A DNA stretch of 64,000 bases from Promethearchaeota archaeon (GTDB taxonomy: Archaea > Asgardarchaeota > Lokiarchaeia > Sigyniarchaeales > SOKP01), in NCBI GenBank assembly GCA_029838195.1, contig JALGVJ010000006.1, positions 32,001 to 96,000 on the forward strand, in the 5' to 3' direction. Numbering within the stretch: the first letter of the stretch is position 1; every line of letters starts with the position of its first letter. This document shows positions 31,280 through 41,235 of the stretch, piece after piece. The notes beneath the pieces are model-generated. The model did no database searches, was not told the DNA's origin, and saw nothing but the letters and a program-made list of their open reading frames with translations. The position numbers and the translations under genes are program-made.

Positions 31280-32497
31280 TTATTTTTTCATTGATTCGAT
31301 GAATTGAGCAACCCAATCCAGCTTATCCTTGGACGTTAAAAGCATTTCTTGAGGAAATTCAACGCTTCGTGAGTAAATATCCGATACAACCGGAAAATTA
31401 GCATCATTGCTTTTTGAACCGCCCCAGTTTGCGGAGCTATAGTCAATCCCCTTGCGCAAATCCACATTTTTGAAACAATCCAATCCATGGAGGGGGGGAT
31501 AGCAATCATCCGTGGGAATGCCATTATCATTTAATGTCTTGTAAAATTGCTCTTTAGTAATGTTGCCAAATTTTTCGGGTTCGAAAACAAAGGGATAAAC
31601 GTACCAGCCTAATTCGGTCGTTCCTGGTGTTGGTTTCATTGTCCGAATTCCATTAATAGCATTGAGTTTTTGAGAAAGATATCTGGCATTCTGATTTCTC
31701 AGCTCATGTTGTTGTGGGAATCTTTTTAATTGAACATTTAACACGGCCGCCTGATATTCGCTCATTCTAAAATTAGAACCGTATCTAAAATGTTTATAAA
31801 AATATTCATTCTTGTTTCTGCCACAGTCAGAAATGGAATAGATTAAATCAGCCAATTCATCATCGTTAGTTATTATAGCACCACCCTCTCCAGCAGTTAA
31901 TACTTTTGAAGCTTGGAAACTAAAAGTCCCAGCGTGGCCCCACGTGCCCGCCCTTTTTCCCTTATATCTTGAGCCGTGAGCATGAGAACAATCTTCTACG
32001 ACTTTCAGATCGTGCTTCTCTGCGATTTCCATTAATCTATCCATTTCAACGGGATTTCCTCCTAAATGAACGGGAACAATTGCTTTAGTTTTTTCATTTA
32101 TTAATGGTTCTACTTTATCCACATCCATTACGAGCGTTTCGGGATCGATATCTACAAAAATAGGAATGGCATTAGTAGCCACGACAGCGGAGGCAGAGGC
32201 GACAAAAGTATAATCGGATACAATGACTTCATCTCCCAAGCCAATTCCTAAAGCCAACAAGGCACATTCAATTGCCACCGTTCCATTAAACACGGCAACA
32301 CAGTTTTTAGCTTCTTGGTATTTAGCAAAAGCTTCTTGAAATTTCCAAACGTTTTCCCCTTTATGGACGGAAGGAGAGCCGCACCACCAATTTCCTGATT
32401 TAATTACCTCAGCTAAGGCTTCAATTTCAGCCTCATCATAAATTGGCCAAGTAGGAAAATTTTTTTTTGCTTCTTGTTCAAACGCCATTTTGCACAA
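31280..32497 (-). CDS. DegT/DnrJ/EryC1/StrS aminotransferase (RifK / 2-deoxy-scyllo-inosose aminotransferase-like)
   Basis: FPTWP, NGTVA, YTFVASA, EDCSHAHG, FSFQASKVLTAGEGG. Confidence 0.92.
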   Translation of the reverse strand: MCKMAFEQEAKKNFPTWPIYDEAEIEALAEVIKSGNWWCGSPSVHKGENVWKFQEAFAKYQEAKNCVAVFNGTVAIECALLALGIGLGDEVIVSDYTFVASASAVVATNAIPIFVDIDPETLVMDVDKVEPLINEKTKAIVPVHLGGNPVEMDRLMEIAEKHDLKVVEDCSHAHGSRYKGKRAGTWGHAGTFSFQASKVLTAGEGGAIITNDDELADLIYSISDCGRNKNEYFYKHFRYGSNFRMSEYQAAVLNVQLKRFPQQHELRNQNARYLSQKLNAINGIRTMKPTPGTTELGWYVYPFVFEPEKFGNITKEQFYKTLNDNGIPTDDCYPPLHGLDCFKNVDLRKGIDYSSANWGGSKSNDANFPVVSDIYSRSVEFPQEMLLTSKDKLDWVAQFIESMKK

Positions 32498-32618
32498 CCC
32501 CTTAAATTTTAATGAGAAATTTTTTGAGTTTTAATGAATATATTTAATTAAATTTGATAAAATTTTGTGTTATTTTAAAAATTACTAGGGTATCATCAAT
32601 TCACGATAAAGGATCTTT

Positions 32619-34361
32619 ATGAAAGCTGTTACTCGAAGGGATCTTGCTAAATTCTTATTTAAGGTCTTAGAGGATTATTTAAAACCGGAATCAAGCGATT
32701 TTACTTTGGATGCCATTGAGGCCATGATCGAGCTTCCTCCTCAAGAAATTAAGGCCACGTACGCATTTCCTTGTTACAAGCTGGCGAAAGTAAAGAAAAA
32801 AAATCCTCAAAAAATTGCGGAAGAGATCAAGGAACAAATAAACATGCCTGATTTTTTGGAAAACGTGGAAGCACGAGGGGCATATTTAAATTTCACGGTG
32901 AATAAGGAATCTGTATTAAAAAATATCATGGAAGCAAAAGAGAAATACGGCCTTCTAGGAAATAATTTGAACCAACAACTGCAAAAACCATTAAAAATTG
33001 TAATAGAATATCCCGCACCTAACACGAATAAGCCGTTGCATTTAGGACACGTGAGAAACATGTTGATAGGAAGTACTCTCGCAAATCTTCTAAGATATCT
33101 TGGTCATCAAGTTTTCGAAGTAAACCTATATAACGATAGGGGCGTCCATGTTTGCAAGAGCATGTTAGCTTATAAAAAATGTGGTAAAGGTGCCCAACCC
33201 GGCAAAATAAAAAGCGATCATTTCGTAGGGGATTTTTACGTGAAATATGCGGAATTGGAAAAAGAAAACAAGGATGTAGAGGAAGAATTGCGCAATTTAT
33301 TGAAAGCTTGGGAAGAAAATGATCCGGAAGCACGTGAATTGTGGAAAAAATTGAATAAATGGGCGTTGGATGGCTTTAAAGAAACGTTTGAAAAATTTGA
33401 AATTCATTTTGATAAAGAGTATCACGAGTCGGAATTTTATGAAAAAGGCAAGGAGCTCATATTAAAGGGATTAGAAAAAGGGATTTTTAAAAAAAGAGAA
33501 GATGGAGCAATCATTGCACCTCTAAAAGAAAAATATAATCTTCCCGATAAGGTATTATTACGAGCTGATGGAACCTCCATATATATCACGCAAGATATTT
33601 ATCTTGCTTATTTAAAAAAGAAGGATTTTAATCATGACAAATCGATATATGTCGTGGGAAATGAGCAAAACCTATATTTCAAGCAGCTCTTCACGATATT
33701 AGACCTATTAGGATTCAAGGAAGACAAGTATCATTTATCCTACGGAATGATCTATTTGCCAGAAGGAAAAATGAAAAGTAGGGAAGGAACCGTGGTAGAT
33801 GCGGATGATTTAGTGGAAGAAATGGAGAACCTTGCCATTAAAGAGATAGAAAAAAGATATCCCGCTTTACCGGAAAAAGAAAAGAAACATAGGGCATCCA
33901 TTATTGGAATGGCCGCCCTCCGATTTTTCATTTTAAAATTTAATCCGAGATCAGATTTTACCTTTGATCCTAACGAGAGCATTTCATTTGAAGGAGAAAC
34001 GGGTCCTTACATCCAATATTGTTATGCCCGGATCGAATCCATCATTAGAAAATCTAAGGAACCCATTTCCATGATCTCTAATCTGACATTATTAACTCAT
34101 GAAAAAGAGCGCTCCTTGATAAACAAGCTCAATTATTTTCCAGAAATCATCGAACGTGCGGCAAAATCCTATGAGCTGCATTTAATACCACAGTATCTTT
34201 TAAATTTATGTCAAGATTTTAATTCTTTCTATGCAGCTTGTCCGGTAATCTCGGAAGAGAAAGAATTAGAAAGGGCACGATTAGTATTGATACGCTGCAT
34301 TCAAATCGTTATTGAACTCGGATTAACCCTTTTGGGGATTAAGACCTTAAAAGAAATGTAA
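32619..34361 (+). CDS. argS: Arginine--tRNA ligase
   Basis: PNTNKPLHLGHVRN, DGTSIYITQD, KMKSREG, FEGETGPYIQYCYAR, C-terminal EM. Confidence 0.97.
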   Translation: MKAVTRRDLAKFLFKVLEDYLKPESSDFTLDAIEAMIELPPQEIKATYAFPCYKLAKVKKKNPQKIAEEIKEQINMPDFLENVEARGAYLNFTVNKESVLKNIMEAKEKYGLLGNNLNQQLQKPLKIVIEYPAPNTNKPLHLGHVRNMLIGSTLANLLRYLGHQVFEVNLYNDRGVHVCKSMLAYKKCGKGAQPGKIKSDHFVGDFYVKYAELEKENKDVEEELRNLLKAWEENDPEARELWKKLNKWALDGFKETFEKFEIHFDKEYHESEFYEKGKELILKGLEKGIFKKREDGAIIAPLKEKYNLPDKVLLRADGTSIYITQDIYLAYLKKKDFNHDKSIYVVGNEQNLYFKQLFTILDLLGFKEDKYHLSYGMIYLPEGKMKSREGTVVDADDLVEEMENLAIKEIEKRYPALPEKEKKHRASIIGMAALRFFILKFNPRSDFTFDPNESISFEGETGPYIQYCYARIESIIRKSKEPISMISNLTLLTHEKERSLINKLNYFPEIIERAAKSYELHLIPQYLLNLCQDFNSFYAACPVISEEKELERARLVLIRCIQIVIELGLTLLGIKTLKEM

Positions 34362-34383
34362 AAAACAATCGGGAAAAATAAAA

Positions 34384-35307
34384 ATGGAGATCATGACTTT
34401 TTTTGATGTAGGAGAAGTGATTGATGAGAAAACGGAATTCGTTTTATTTGGGATTCCTTGGGATTATTTAACTTCCGTGGATAATGCAAATTCGTCCATT
34501 GCTCCTACGCATCTCCGTAAAGTCTCCAGAAACCTCGCACTCACCACGGAATTAGGCATGGAAATACCAAATTTGAATTTAGTGGACGTGGGAGATGTCT
34601 CAATCTTACCCATGAAAGTAAAGAGGAATTTTACTTCTATTCAACATTATATTGAGGAGATTTATCAGCAAAAACGCGATGTAATTTTGGTCATGATGGG
34701 AGGAGATCATTTTTGCACGTATCCCGTTGTAAAAACGATTGGTGATAATTTTAAAGAGAAAGATAAATTTGGCGTGCTGATATTTGATGCTCATTTGGAT
34801 TTTTATGAGGAATGGGATAAAGGCGTTTATTCTCACGCTACAGTCTCTCATAGGATCTTTGATCTTGATTACATTTCTAATAAAAATCTGCTGATCGCAG
34901 GCACGAGAGATGTAGACATTCTCGAGTTAGAATTAGCTAAGCAAGAAGAAATCCGAGTTTTTCCAGCTCACGATATCAGCACCATGGGCCTTTCTACTTA
35001 TATTAATAATTTAATTCGATTTTTTCAAACGCACGAAATTTCACACTTGTATGTTTCAATTGACATTGACGTGTTGGATCCCTCGATAGCTCCTGGAACG
35101 GGTTTTGCGATTCCCGGAGGACTCACTTATAGGGAATTATGGCATGTAGTGAAAAAAATTGCCGAAAATTTTAACGTGATTGGTTTTGATGTCGTGGAAA
35201 CTTCACCAAACTTGGACTTGCCAAATAAAATAACATGCAATGTGGCCGCTAAAATCATCATAGAATTTATTAGTTTCATTAAAAATCGAAAAGCAGAGAA
35301 AAGATAA
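34384..35307 (+). CDS. speB: Agmatinase (arginase family)
   Basis: GGDH, DAHLD, SH, SIDIDVLDPSIAPGTG. Confidence 0.9.
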   Translation: MEIMTFFDVGEVIDEKTEFVLFGIPWDYLTSVDNANSSIAPTHLRKVSRNLALTTELGMEIPNLNLVDVGDVSILPMKVKRNFTSIQHYIEEIYQQKRDVILVMMGGDHFCTYPVVKTIGDNFKEKDKFGVLIFDAHLDFYEEWDKGVYSHATVSHRIFDLDYISNKNLLIAGTRDVDILELELAKQEEIRVFPAHDISTMGLSTYINNLIRFFQTHEISHLYVSIDIDVLDPSIAPGTGFAIPGGLTYRELWHVVKKIAENFNVIGFDVVETSPNLDLPNKITCNVAAKIIIEFISFIKNRKAEKR

Positions 35308-35311
35308 AAAA

Positions 35312-36259
35312 ATGAAAAAAAATGACTTTAAAAAATCCTTGAAGAAGGTTCATCAAATCAAGATTAATAAGGATTCCACTATACAGGATATAATCGAAGG
35401 ATTAAAAGATACGGGGTTTAATGCTAAAAGATTAGCGTTAGGATGTGAAATCTATGAAACCATGATCAAAGATGCTGATTGCGTAAAATTTTTCGGGCTT
35501 GCGGGCGCAATCGTTCCTTGTGGCCTTCAAGGAATAATCCATGATTTCGTGGAAGAAGGTTTCATTGATATTCTTGTCACTACCGGAGCTAATCTTACTC
35601 ACGATCTTGCTGAAACCTTGGGATATCACCACCTCCAAGGAGATATGAATGTGGAGGAGATTAATGATAGTAGACTACATGAAGAAGCGCTAAATAGAAT
35701 TTATGATGTTTTTTTGCCCAACCAAGCCTATGAAGGCATTGAAGATTTTATATCGAACTTGTCCATAAGAGAAGAGCAAATGACCGTGAGCTCTTTTTTG
35801 AAGCTCCTGGGAGAAAAATTACCGGAGAATGACAAGTCGATATTAAAAATATGTGCACGGCGCAATGTACCCATTTTTTGTCCAGCTTTCACGGATTCGG
35901 GCTTAGCCTTACAATTAGGATTTCATCATCCAAATGTTAATTTGAATCACATGAAAGACATGTTAACGATGGTAGATTTAGCGTGGGAAGCAAAAAAAGC
36001 GGGGATTTGTATCGTGGGAGGCGGAGTTCCTAAAAATTTCATCCTGCAATCCCTTCAATTTTCTCCAAATGCCGCACTCTATGCGATCCAGATTACCATG
36101 GACCGTCCCGAACCGGGGGGACTTAGTGGAGCCTCATTAAAAGAAGCCATTTCATGGGGCAAATTAAATGAAAAGGCGCTGTATTCTACAATCATTTCAG
36201 ATGCCAGTATTGCATTACCCCTAATGTTATGGTATTTAAAACAAGCTTTTAATAGATGA
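35312..36259 (+). CDS. dys: Deoxyhypusine synthase
   Basis: TTGANLTHD, RIYDV, CPAFTDS, GGGVPKN, GGLSGASLKEAISWGK (catalytic Lys). Confidence 0.95.
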   Translation: MKKNDFKKSLKKVHQIKINKDSTIQDIIEGLKDTGFNAKRLALGCEIYETMIKDADCVKFFGLAGAIVPCGLQGIIHDFVEEGFIDILVTTGANLTHDLAETLGYHHLQGDMNVEEINDSRLHEEALNRIYDVFLPNQAYEGIEDFISNLSIREEQMTVSSFLKLLGEKLPENDKSILKICARRNVPIFCPAFTDSGLALQLGFHHPNVNLNHMKDMLTMVDLAWEAKKAGICIVGGGVPKNFILQSLQFSPNAALYAIQITMDRPEPGGLSGASLKEAISWGKLNEKALYSTIISDASIALPLMLWYLKQAFNR

Positions 36260-36301
36260 TTTTTAATTAATTACTCATGTTTGACAAAACCGAGGTATGT
36301 A

Positions 36302-36766
36302 TTATAAGAAGACGCCTTTTACTTTTTGGTCGATGGTATATACATCCAAACCGAACGTCTTATCCAGGATCTCTTTAAAAGATTGTAATTGTGAAATCTC
36401 ACTAAGATTTTTCCCGTGAAATTGCTTTTTGAACTGCTTCAAGAGGTCTTTTAATACGGGATGGATGATTTTTTGAATCGTTTTATCAATATTTTTCTCT
36501 TGATCTAAAATAGCATAGGCTAGTAAATTTTCAGGTCCCCGTACTTTTTCTGAAATAAAAGTATCTTGGGCAAAAGCAATGACAAATTTTTTTCCTTCCA
36601 AGTATTCCACGTCATTTTGTTCAAACGTGGTTTTCGCAAATTGGATTAATGCGCTTAAAAGCCCACTTCTTAAATCTTTATCAATTTTTCCGTGCCCTGT
36701 TTGATGATATTGAGAAAATAAGATGGTAAAACCTCTAAAAATTAATCCAGCTTCTCGAACAACCAT
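36302..36766 (-). CDS. Longin-like domain protein
   Basis: beta-beta-G, DKDLRSGLLSALIQFA helix, beta hairpin, LKDLLKQFKKQF and FKEILD helices: pattern of Asgard longin-fold proteins. Confidence 0.6.
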   Translation of the reverse strand: MVVREAGLIFRGFTILFSQYHQTGHGKIDKDLRSGLLSALIQFAKTTFEQNDVEYLEGKKFVIAFAQDTFISEKVRGPENLLAYAILDQEKNIDKTIQKIIHPVLKDLLKQFKKQFHGKNLSEISQLQSFKEILDKTFGLDVYTIDQKVKGVFL

Positions 36767-36862
36767 CGAACCACCCTTATCCTCGTTCTCACGCGAAAAA
36801 ATTTTTTTTATTCATGACAACTAAGTGATTATTAGATAAAAGTTCATGGTATTAAATTTAAC

Positions 36863-38326
36863 TTATAACTCCCTCAACCACTTATCATAAAACTTTTTCC
36901 AAATGATTAAACTCCATTTCGGAAGCTTGGGGAATAATGTTAAAAGGGGAGCATAAGAATCCTTGTAATTGCTGATTAATTCCTTTTTCGAATAATTCTT
37001 GGAAGGTTTTTCGGGAACGGAATTCTTTAACGGATTTGATTTTATTTTCCACCATTCCCTAATGAATTTGGTTCCAAACTTCTGTTCATAATATGCCATG
37101 TTTTGATACACGTGGACGTTCGGGTAATTAGAAAATAACGTGGGAGATAATTGGATGTTTTCATGGAGCGCGTGTTGTTCTACAAAATTCAAAGTTTTTT
37201 TAAAAGTGTCTCGATTTTCTCCCGGAAATCCGCATAAAAGATTCAAACGGCAATGAATACCACTTTCATCTTTATATTCCTTTAGGATTTTTTCCATCAT
37301 TCGAATGTATTCACGAGGGTGTTCCGTTTTATGCATTTCCTTTAATAATGCCTCATGGGCGGATTCAAAACCAAAACCAATGATCATGTTGCATTTTCGA
37401 AACTTTTTTAAAAGGGATAGATTTTTGCCAATAGTTTCTACCCTACACTGACACGAAAAGAAAAAGCGGTCTTGAAGCTCATTTTGAAGTATATAATCCA
37501 ATATTTTATCTCTAATAGCAATTTTATCAAAACTCTGATCAGAAAAGGCAATTTTTAAGAGTTTAGGATTATATTCTTCCACGATACCATGTAGATTTTG
37601 GAAATATTCTTTAAATTTCTTAAAAAAATAACTCCTGAACTCATAATTCTCAGCACAAAACGCGCATTGAAAGGGACAGCCCCGAGAGTAAAAAAGATCA
37701 AATTTAAATTTATTTTTATAAGGATATCTGGTCAAATAAAGTTCAAGATCAGGAAACGGCAAGGTGTTAACATCAATGAGCTCGCGGGATGTTATTATCG
37801 TGGTATTTTTTTCCCTCGGTAAGGATAAATCTTTATTTAATAACCTGTTTAAAATGCGTTCCATAGGAAGTTCTGCCTCTCCTTGAATTACGTGGTCAAA
37901 GGGAGAATTTTCATTTGCGAAATCTTCGGGTACCGCACTTGGATGATATCCGCCGACTACCATGATAACATTGGGAAAATGTTTTTTAATAATTTCTCCG
38001 ATTAACCCGGTTTGGAGATATTGAAAACTCGTATAACAATTCACGCCAATGACATCTTGCTCTTGCACGTTATTGTTTTCCATGATTCTTAAAAAAGTCC
38101 GTTCGAATTCTTGAGGAGAAATATCGTTTCCCGACAGTTTTTCCTCTTTTTCACTTTCTACCCGCAAATCAATTATGTCTGTCTTAAAAGGGCCTCGTTG
38201 TTTTAAGTAAGAAGATATCTGAAGCGTACCTAAAGGAATATCATTATGATATAATTTACGTTGGTATTCTTCAATATAAAAGAAACCCGGGATTAAGAAT
38301 AAAATATTGAGTTTATTCTTTAACAT
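36863..38326 (-). CDS. B12-binding radical SAM protein
   Basis: PLG..ISSYLK, VVGGYHPS, GEAE, SRGCPFQCAFC, GFES, GFPGE. Confidence 0.9.
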   Translation of the reverse strand: MLKNKLNILFLIPGFFYIEEYQRKLYHNDIPLGTLQISSYLKQRGPFKTDIIDLRVESEKEEKLSGNDISPQEFERTFLRIMENNNVQEQDVIGVNCYTSFQYLQTGLIGEIIKKHFPNVIMVVGGYHPSAVPEDFANENSPFDHVIQGEAELPMERILNRLLNKDLSLPREKNTTIITSRELIDVNTLPFPDLELYLTRYPYKNKFKFDLFYSRGCPFQCAFCAENYEFRSYFFKKFKEYFQNLHGIVEEYNPKLLKIAFSDQSFDKIAIRDKILDYILQNELQDRFFFSCQCRVETIGKNLSLLKKFRKCNMIIGFGFESAHEALLKEMHKTEHPREYIRMMEKILKEYKDESGIHCRLNLLCGFPGENRDTFKKTLNFVEQHALHENIQLSPTLFSNYPNVHVYQNMAYYEQKFGTKFIREWWKIKSNPLKNSVPEKPSKNYSKKELISNYKDSYAPLLTLFPKLPKWSLIIWKKFYDKWLREL

Positions 38327-38523
38327 GAGCCATCAATTAATTTTTATATTAAAAGAATATAAAAAACACGCTATTTTATTTAATTCAAACTGAAAGAACT
38401 ATTCTTTTTTATTCTTCATCTGGTCAAGTTTCATCGCACGCTTTTAAGTGGTTGGCTGTTAAATTAAAAATATTTCATGAAAAAATAGAAAAAAACGATT
38501 ATTTTAACATCAATCTTCACGCT

Positions 38524-39015
38524 TTATAACCTAAAATCATTTTTAATGAAAAAATCTAACTTGTTCACTATTTCTCCGAGTACTTTTTCTTTAAACTCGA
38601 TTCTATTGGCCTTAAAATAGTGTTTTTCCACTATTGTCATTTCTTTAGCGGAAAACCCGATAAATACCAAGCCCACGGGCTTCTCGGGAGTACCTCCTGT
38701 AGGACCTGCGATGCCCGTGATGCCAATTCCTAAATCGACATTTGATAATTCCCGAATGTTCCTTGCTAACTCAAAAGCTATCGGTTCGGAGACTGCGCCA
38801 TGTTCTTGAATGTATTGGGGATTGACGCTTAATATTTCTATTTTTGCCTCATTACTATAACATATCACGCCTCTATCAAATACTTTAGACGCACCTGAAA
38901 TATTGGTTATCATGTGGCAAACATAACCCCCAGTACAAGATTCCGCCACGGCAATGGTGTATCCTCGAAGCGTGAATGCATGTAAAATTTCCTTTAATTT
39001 TTTTAAAGTGTTCAT
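38524..39015 (-). CDS. CinA C-terminal domain protein / NMN amidohydrolase (PncC)
   Basis: AVAESCTGG, SGAS, YSNEAK, GAVSE, TGIAGPTGG..KPVGLV. Confidence 0.93.
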   Translation of the reverse strand: MNTLKKLKEILHAFTLRGYTIAVAESCTGGYVCHMITNISGASKVFDRGVICYSNEAKIEILSVNPQYIQEHGAVSEPIAFELARNIRELSNVDLGIGITGIAGPTGGTPEKPVGLVFIGFSAKEMTIVEKHYFKANRIEFKEKVLGEIVNKLDFFIKNDFRL

Positions 39016-39223
39016 GTTCGATTTATCAAAAGGAATCCTTACTTATTATGGATCTAATTTTTTAATAATTAAATTTTCAATCCATAAGAAATCGCATGTC
39101 ATTTCATGCGTTGAATGGAAGCGAAATATCCATCTAAGAATCTCTCGCCCAGAACCCCAAGGCTCACTGAAATTAAAAAAAAAACAAGTAAACAAAAAAG
39201 AAAGTAAAAAAAAAGGGATTTAA

Positions 39224-40366
39224 TTAAATGAGATTTTTCTCTTCAAGTGTCGCCCGTGCTCGTTCCATTTTACGAGTACTAAAACCAATAATTTTCGCAA
39301 GCATTTCCGACTTTTTGATGGAAGTGTTTAAATCATACTTCTCTTGGAGGTATCCCTCCCGCAAGGCATTATTATATACCTCATCTCCCATTTCCGTTCG
39401 AATGAGAACGGTCGTGTAGCCATCTTTAGACCCCAACCCACCAAAAGAAAAATCCGCATAGATGTTAGAAAAATCAGAACACGCAAAACATGCTGGTCGG
39501 ATGAAATCATTTATAGCATTAAAATCCACGTGTAAGGTCTGATTATCTTTTAACTCCAACATGATATCTTCCTTGATGTTCATGTTCTCCACATCATCGA
39601 AAGAAAATTCATATTTTTCTTCCATCCTTTCCCGACCACTCGTGTGAAAGGAAAAATTCGCATTGCAAAATAAACCAAACGCGTATTTTACCACGTGAGC
39701 GGGAAGAATGCTAAGCTCTTGCATTTTTCTTATGGAATGAATTTGACACGGCGTTCCCACCACCGCAATCCTCATCATGTCGGAATGGGGAATGGTTTTC
39801 AATTTCGTTATGGTCGGAATGAAGGTATTATAATCTTCTAATTTCACCACGTGATTCGATATATCAAAATGAGAGCCCGCCGCTTCTAAAAACTCTTCCC
39901 TTGTTGTTGCGAAATAGGGAATTCTATTAAAAGGACCCACCCTCTTGCTGACAATGGCGCCATTAATCAGATTATGATCTAATAAATATAATAAAAGCGC
40001 CGTGACCACGCCTCCATCCGTCGCTCGAACTCGTATTTCCTCCATCGCCGCTTGGCTGGAAATGATTTTCTTCCAATTGCCAATGGGAGGCTTGTACTTG
40101 TATCTTTCATTTAATTCATCATTCAAGATATGGGTTTGTGGGCAAACAAGATAACAGATTCCACAATGCAGGCAATTATCTTTGTTCAAATAGCGCGGGG
40201 GGCCATCTTCGGACATTTGGATGGCTTTAATTTCAGAAGCTGAGCAGAAGCTCACGCATCCGCCACATTGGCCGCATAACCCTTTTTCATGCACGTCTCT
40301 AATGAGATCTTCAAATGATTTTGGCTTAATTTCACCAGGCAAGATTCTTTCTAAATTTTCATTCAT
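39224..40366 (-). CDS. Coenzyme F420-binding FrhB/FdhB/FpoF-like subunit with N-terminal 2x[4Fe-4S]
   Basis: CGQCGGCVSFC, CLHCGICYLVCP, DGGVVTALL, AAGS, VGTPCQ, GLFC, CFACSDF..ADFSFGGLG. Confidence 0.9.
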   Translation of the reverse strand: MNENLERILPGEIKPKSFEDLIRDVHEKGLCGQCGGCVSFCSASEIKAIQMSEDGPPRYLNKDNCLHCGICYLVCPQTHILNDELNERYKYKPPIGNWKKIISSQAAMEEIRVRATDGGVVTALLLYLLDHNLINGAIVSKRVGPFNRIPYFATTREEFLEAAGSHFDISNHVVKLEDYNTFIPTITKLKTIPHSDMMRIAVVGTPCQIHSIRKMQELSILPAHVVKYAFGLFCNANFSFHTSGRERMEEKYEFSFDDVENMNIKEDIMLELKDNQTLHVDFNAINDFIRPACFACSDFSNIYADFSFGGLGSKDGYTTVLIRTEMGDEVYNNALREGYLQEKYDLNTSIKKSEMLAKIIGFSTRKMERARATLEEKNLI

Positions 40367-40392
40367 GTATTTCCCACCTCGTACGCTTTAAT

Positions 40393-41235
40393 TTAATATT
40401 CATTAGGTAATTTTTTTAATTCGGCTAATGAAAAAACCGGCCCATCTATGCAGACGTATTTATTCCCGATATTGCACCGACCACATTTTCCCACTCCGCA
40501 TTTCATGCGCATTTCCAGAGAATTTAAGATCTGATCATCCTTGAATTCAAGCTCCTCGAGGACCGCAATAGTGGTTTTAATCATGATGGGAGGACCGCAT
40601 ACGAGGGCAACAGCATTCTTAGGAGAAGGAGCCACTTCCTTGACCACGGGGGCAACGAATCCTACTTTTTTAGTCCAGCCCTCCTCGGGCTGGTCAATTG
40701 TTAAGACCAATTCGATATCATCTCGTTTTTCCCATTGCTTTAAATCCTCTTTATACAATACTTCACCGGAATTTCGATTCCCATAAATTACCATGAGTTT
40801 TCCATAATTTGCCCTGTTTATCTCATCCAAAATATAGGTAACGAGAGAACGGAGCGTGGAAAAAGCAAAACCCCCGCCAATGATCACAATGTTTTTTCCT
40901 TTCATTTCTTCCACGGGCCAGCCATTTCCTAAGGGTCCTCGCACGCCGATAATGGCCCCTACATCAGAAGCATGAAACGCTTGCGTGACTTCGCCCATCC
41001 TTTTTATGGTAAACTTGATGGAGCCTTTTTCTGTCGGAGATGAAGCAATCCCGATTGGACATTCGCCCTTTCCAAAAATGCTTAATTCGGCAAATTGACC
41101 GGGGATGTAATCAAATTCTTCTAAATCTTTCTCATTTTTGAAGGCTAATTCAAACGTCTTGATATCATTTACTTCATTTTCTTGCGTAATGGATATTATT
41201 CTCGTTAATTTTGGAATGTATATGCTACTCTGCAA
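40393..41235 (-). CDS. flxA: FAD/NAD(P)-binding subunit with [2Fe-2S] (FlxA/AsrB-like)
   Basis: PGQF, RGPLGNGW, GGG, CGPPIM, MKCGVGKCGRC..C; true start taken as TTG at 41235, behind AGGAGGAGGT. Confidence 0.85.
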   Translation of the reverse strand: MQSSIYIPKLTRIISITQENEVNDIKTFELAFKNEKDLEEFDYIPGQFAELSIFGKGECPIGIASSPTEKGSIKFTIKRMGEVTQAFHASDVGAIIGVRGPLGNGWPVEEMKGKNIVIIGGGFAFSTLRSLVTYILDEINRANYGKLMVIYGNRNSGEVLYKEDLKQWEKRDDIELVLTIDQPEEGWTKKVGFVAPVVKEVAPSPKNAVALVCGPPIMIKTTIAVLEELEFKDDQILNSLEMRMKCGVGKCGRCNIGNKYVCIDGPVFSLAELKKLPNEY

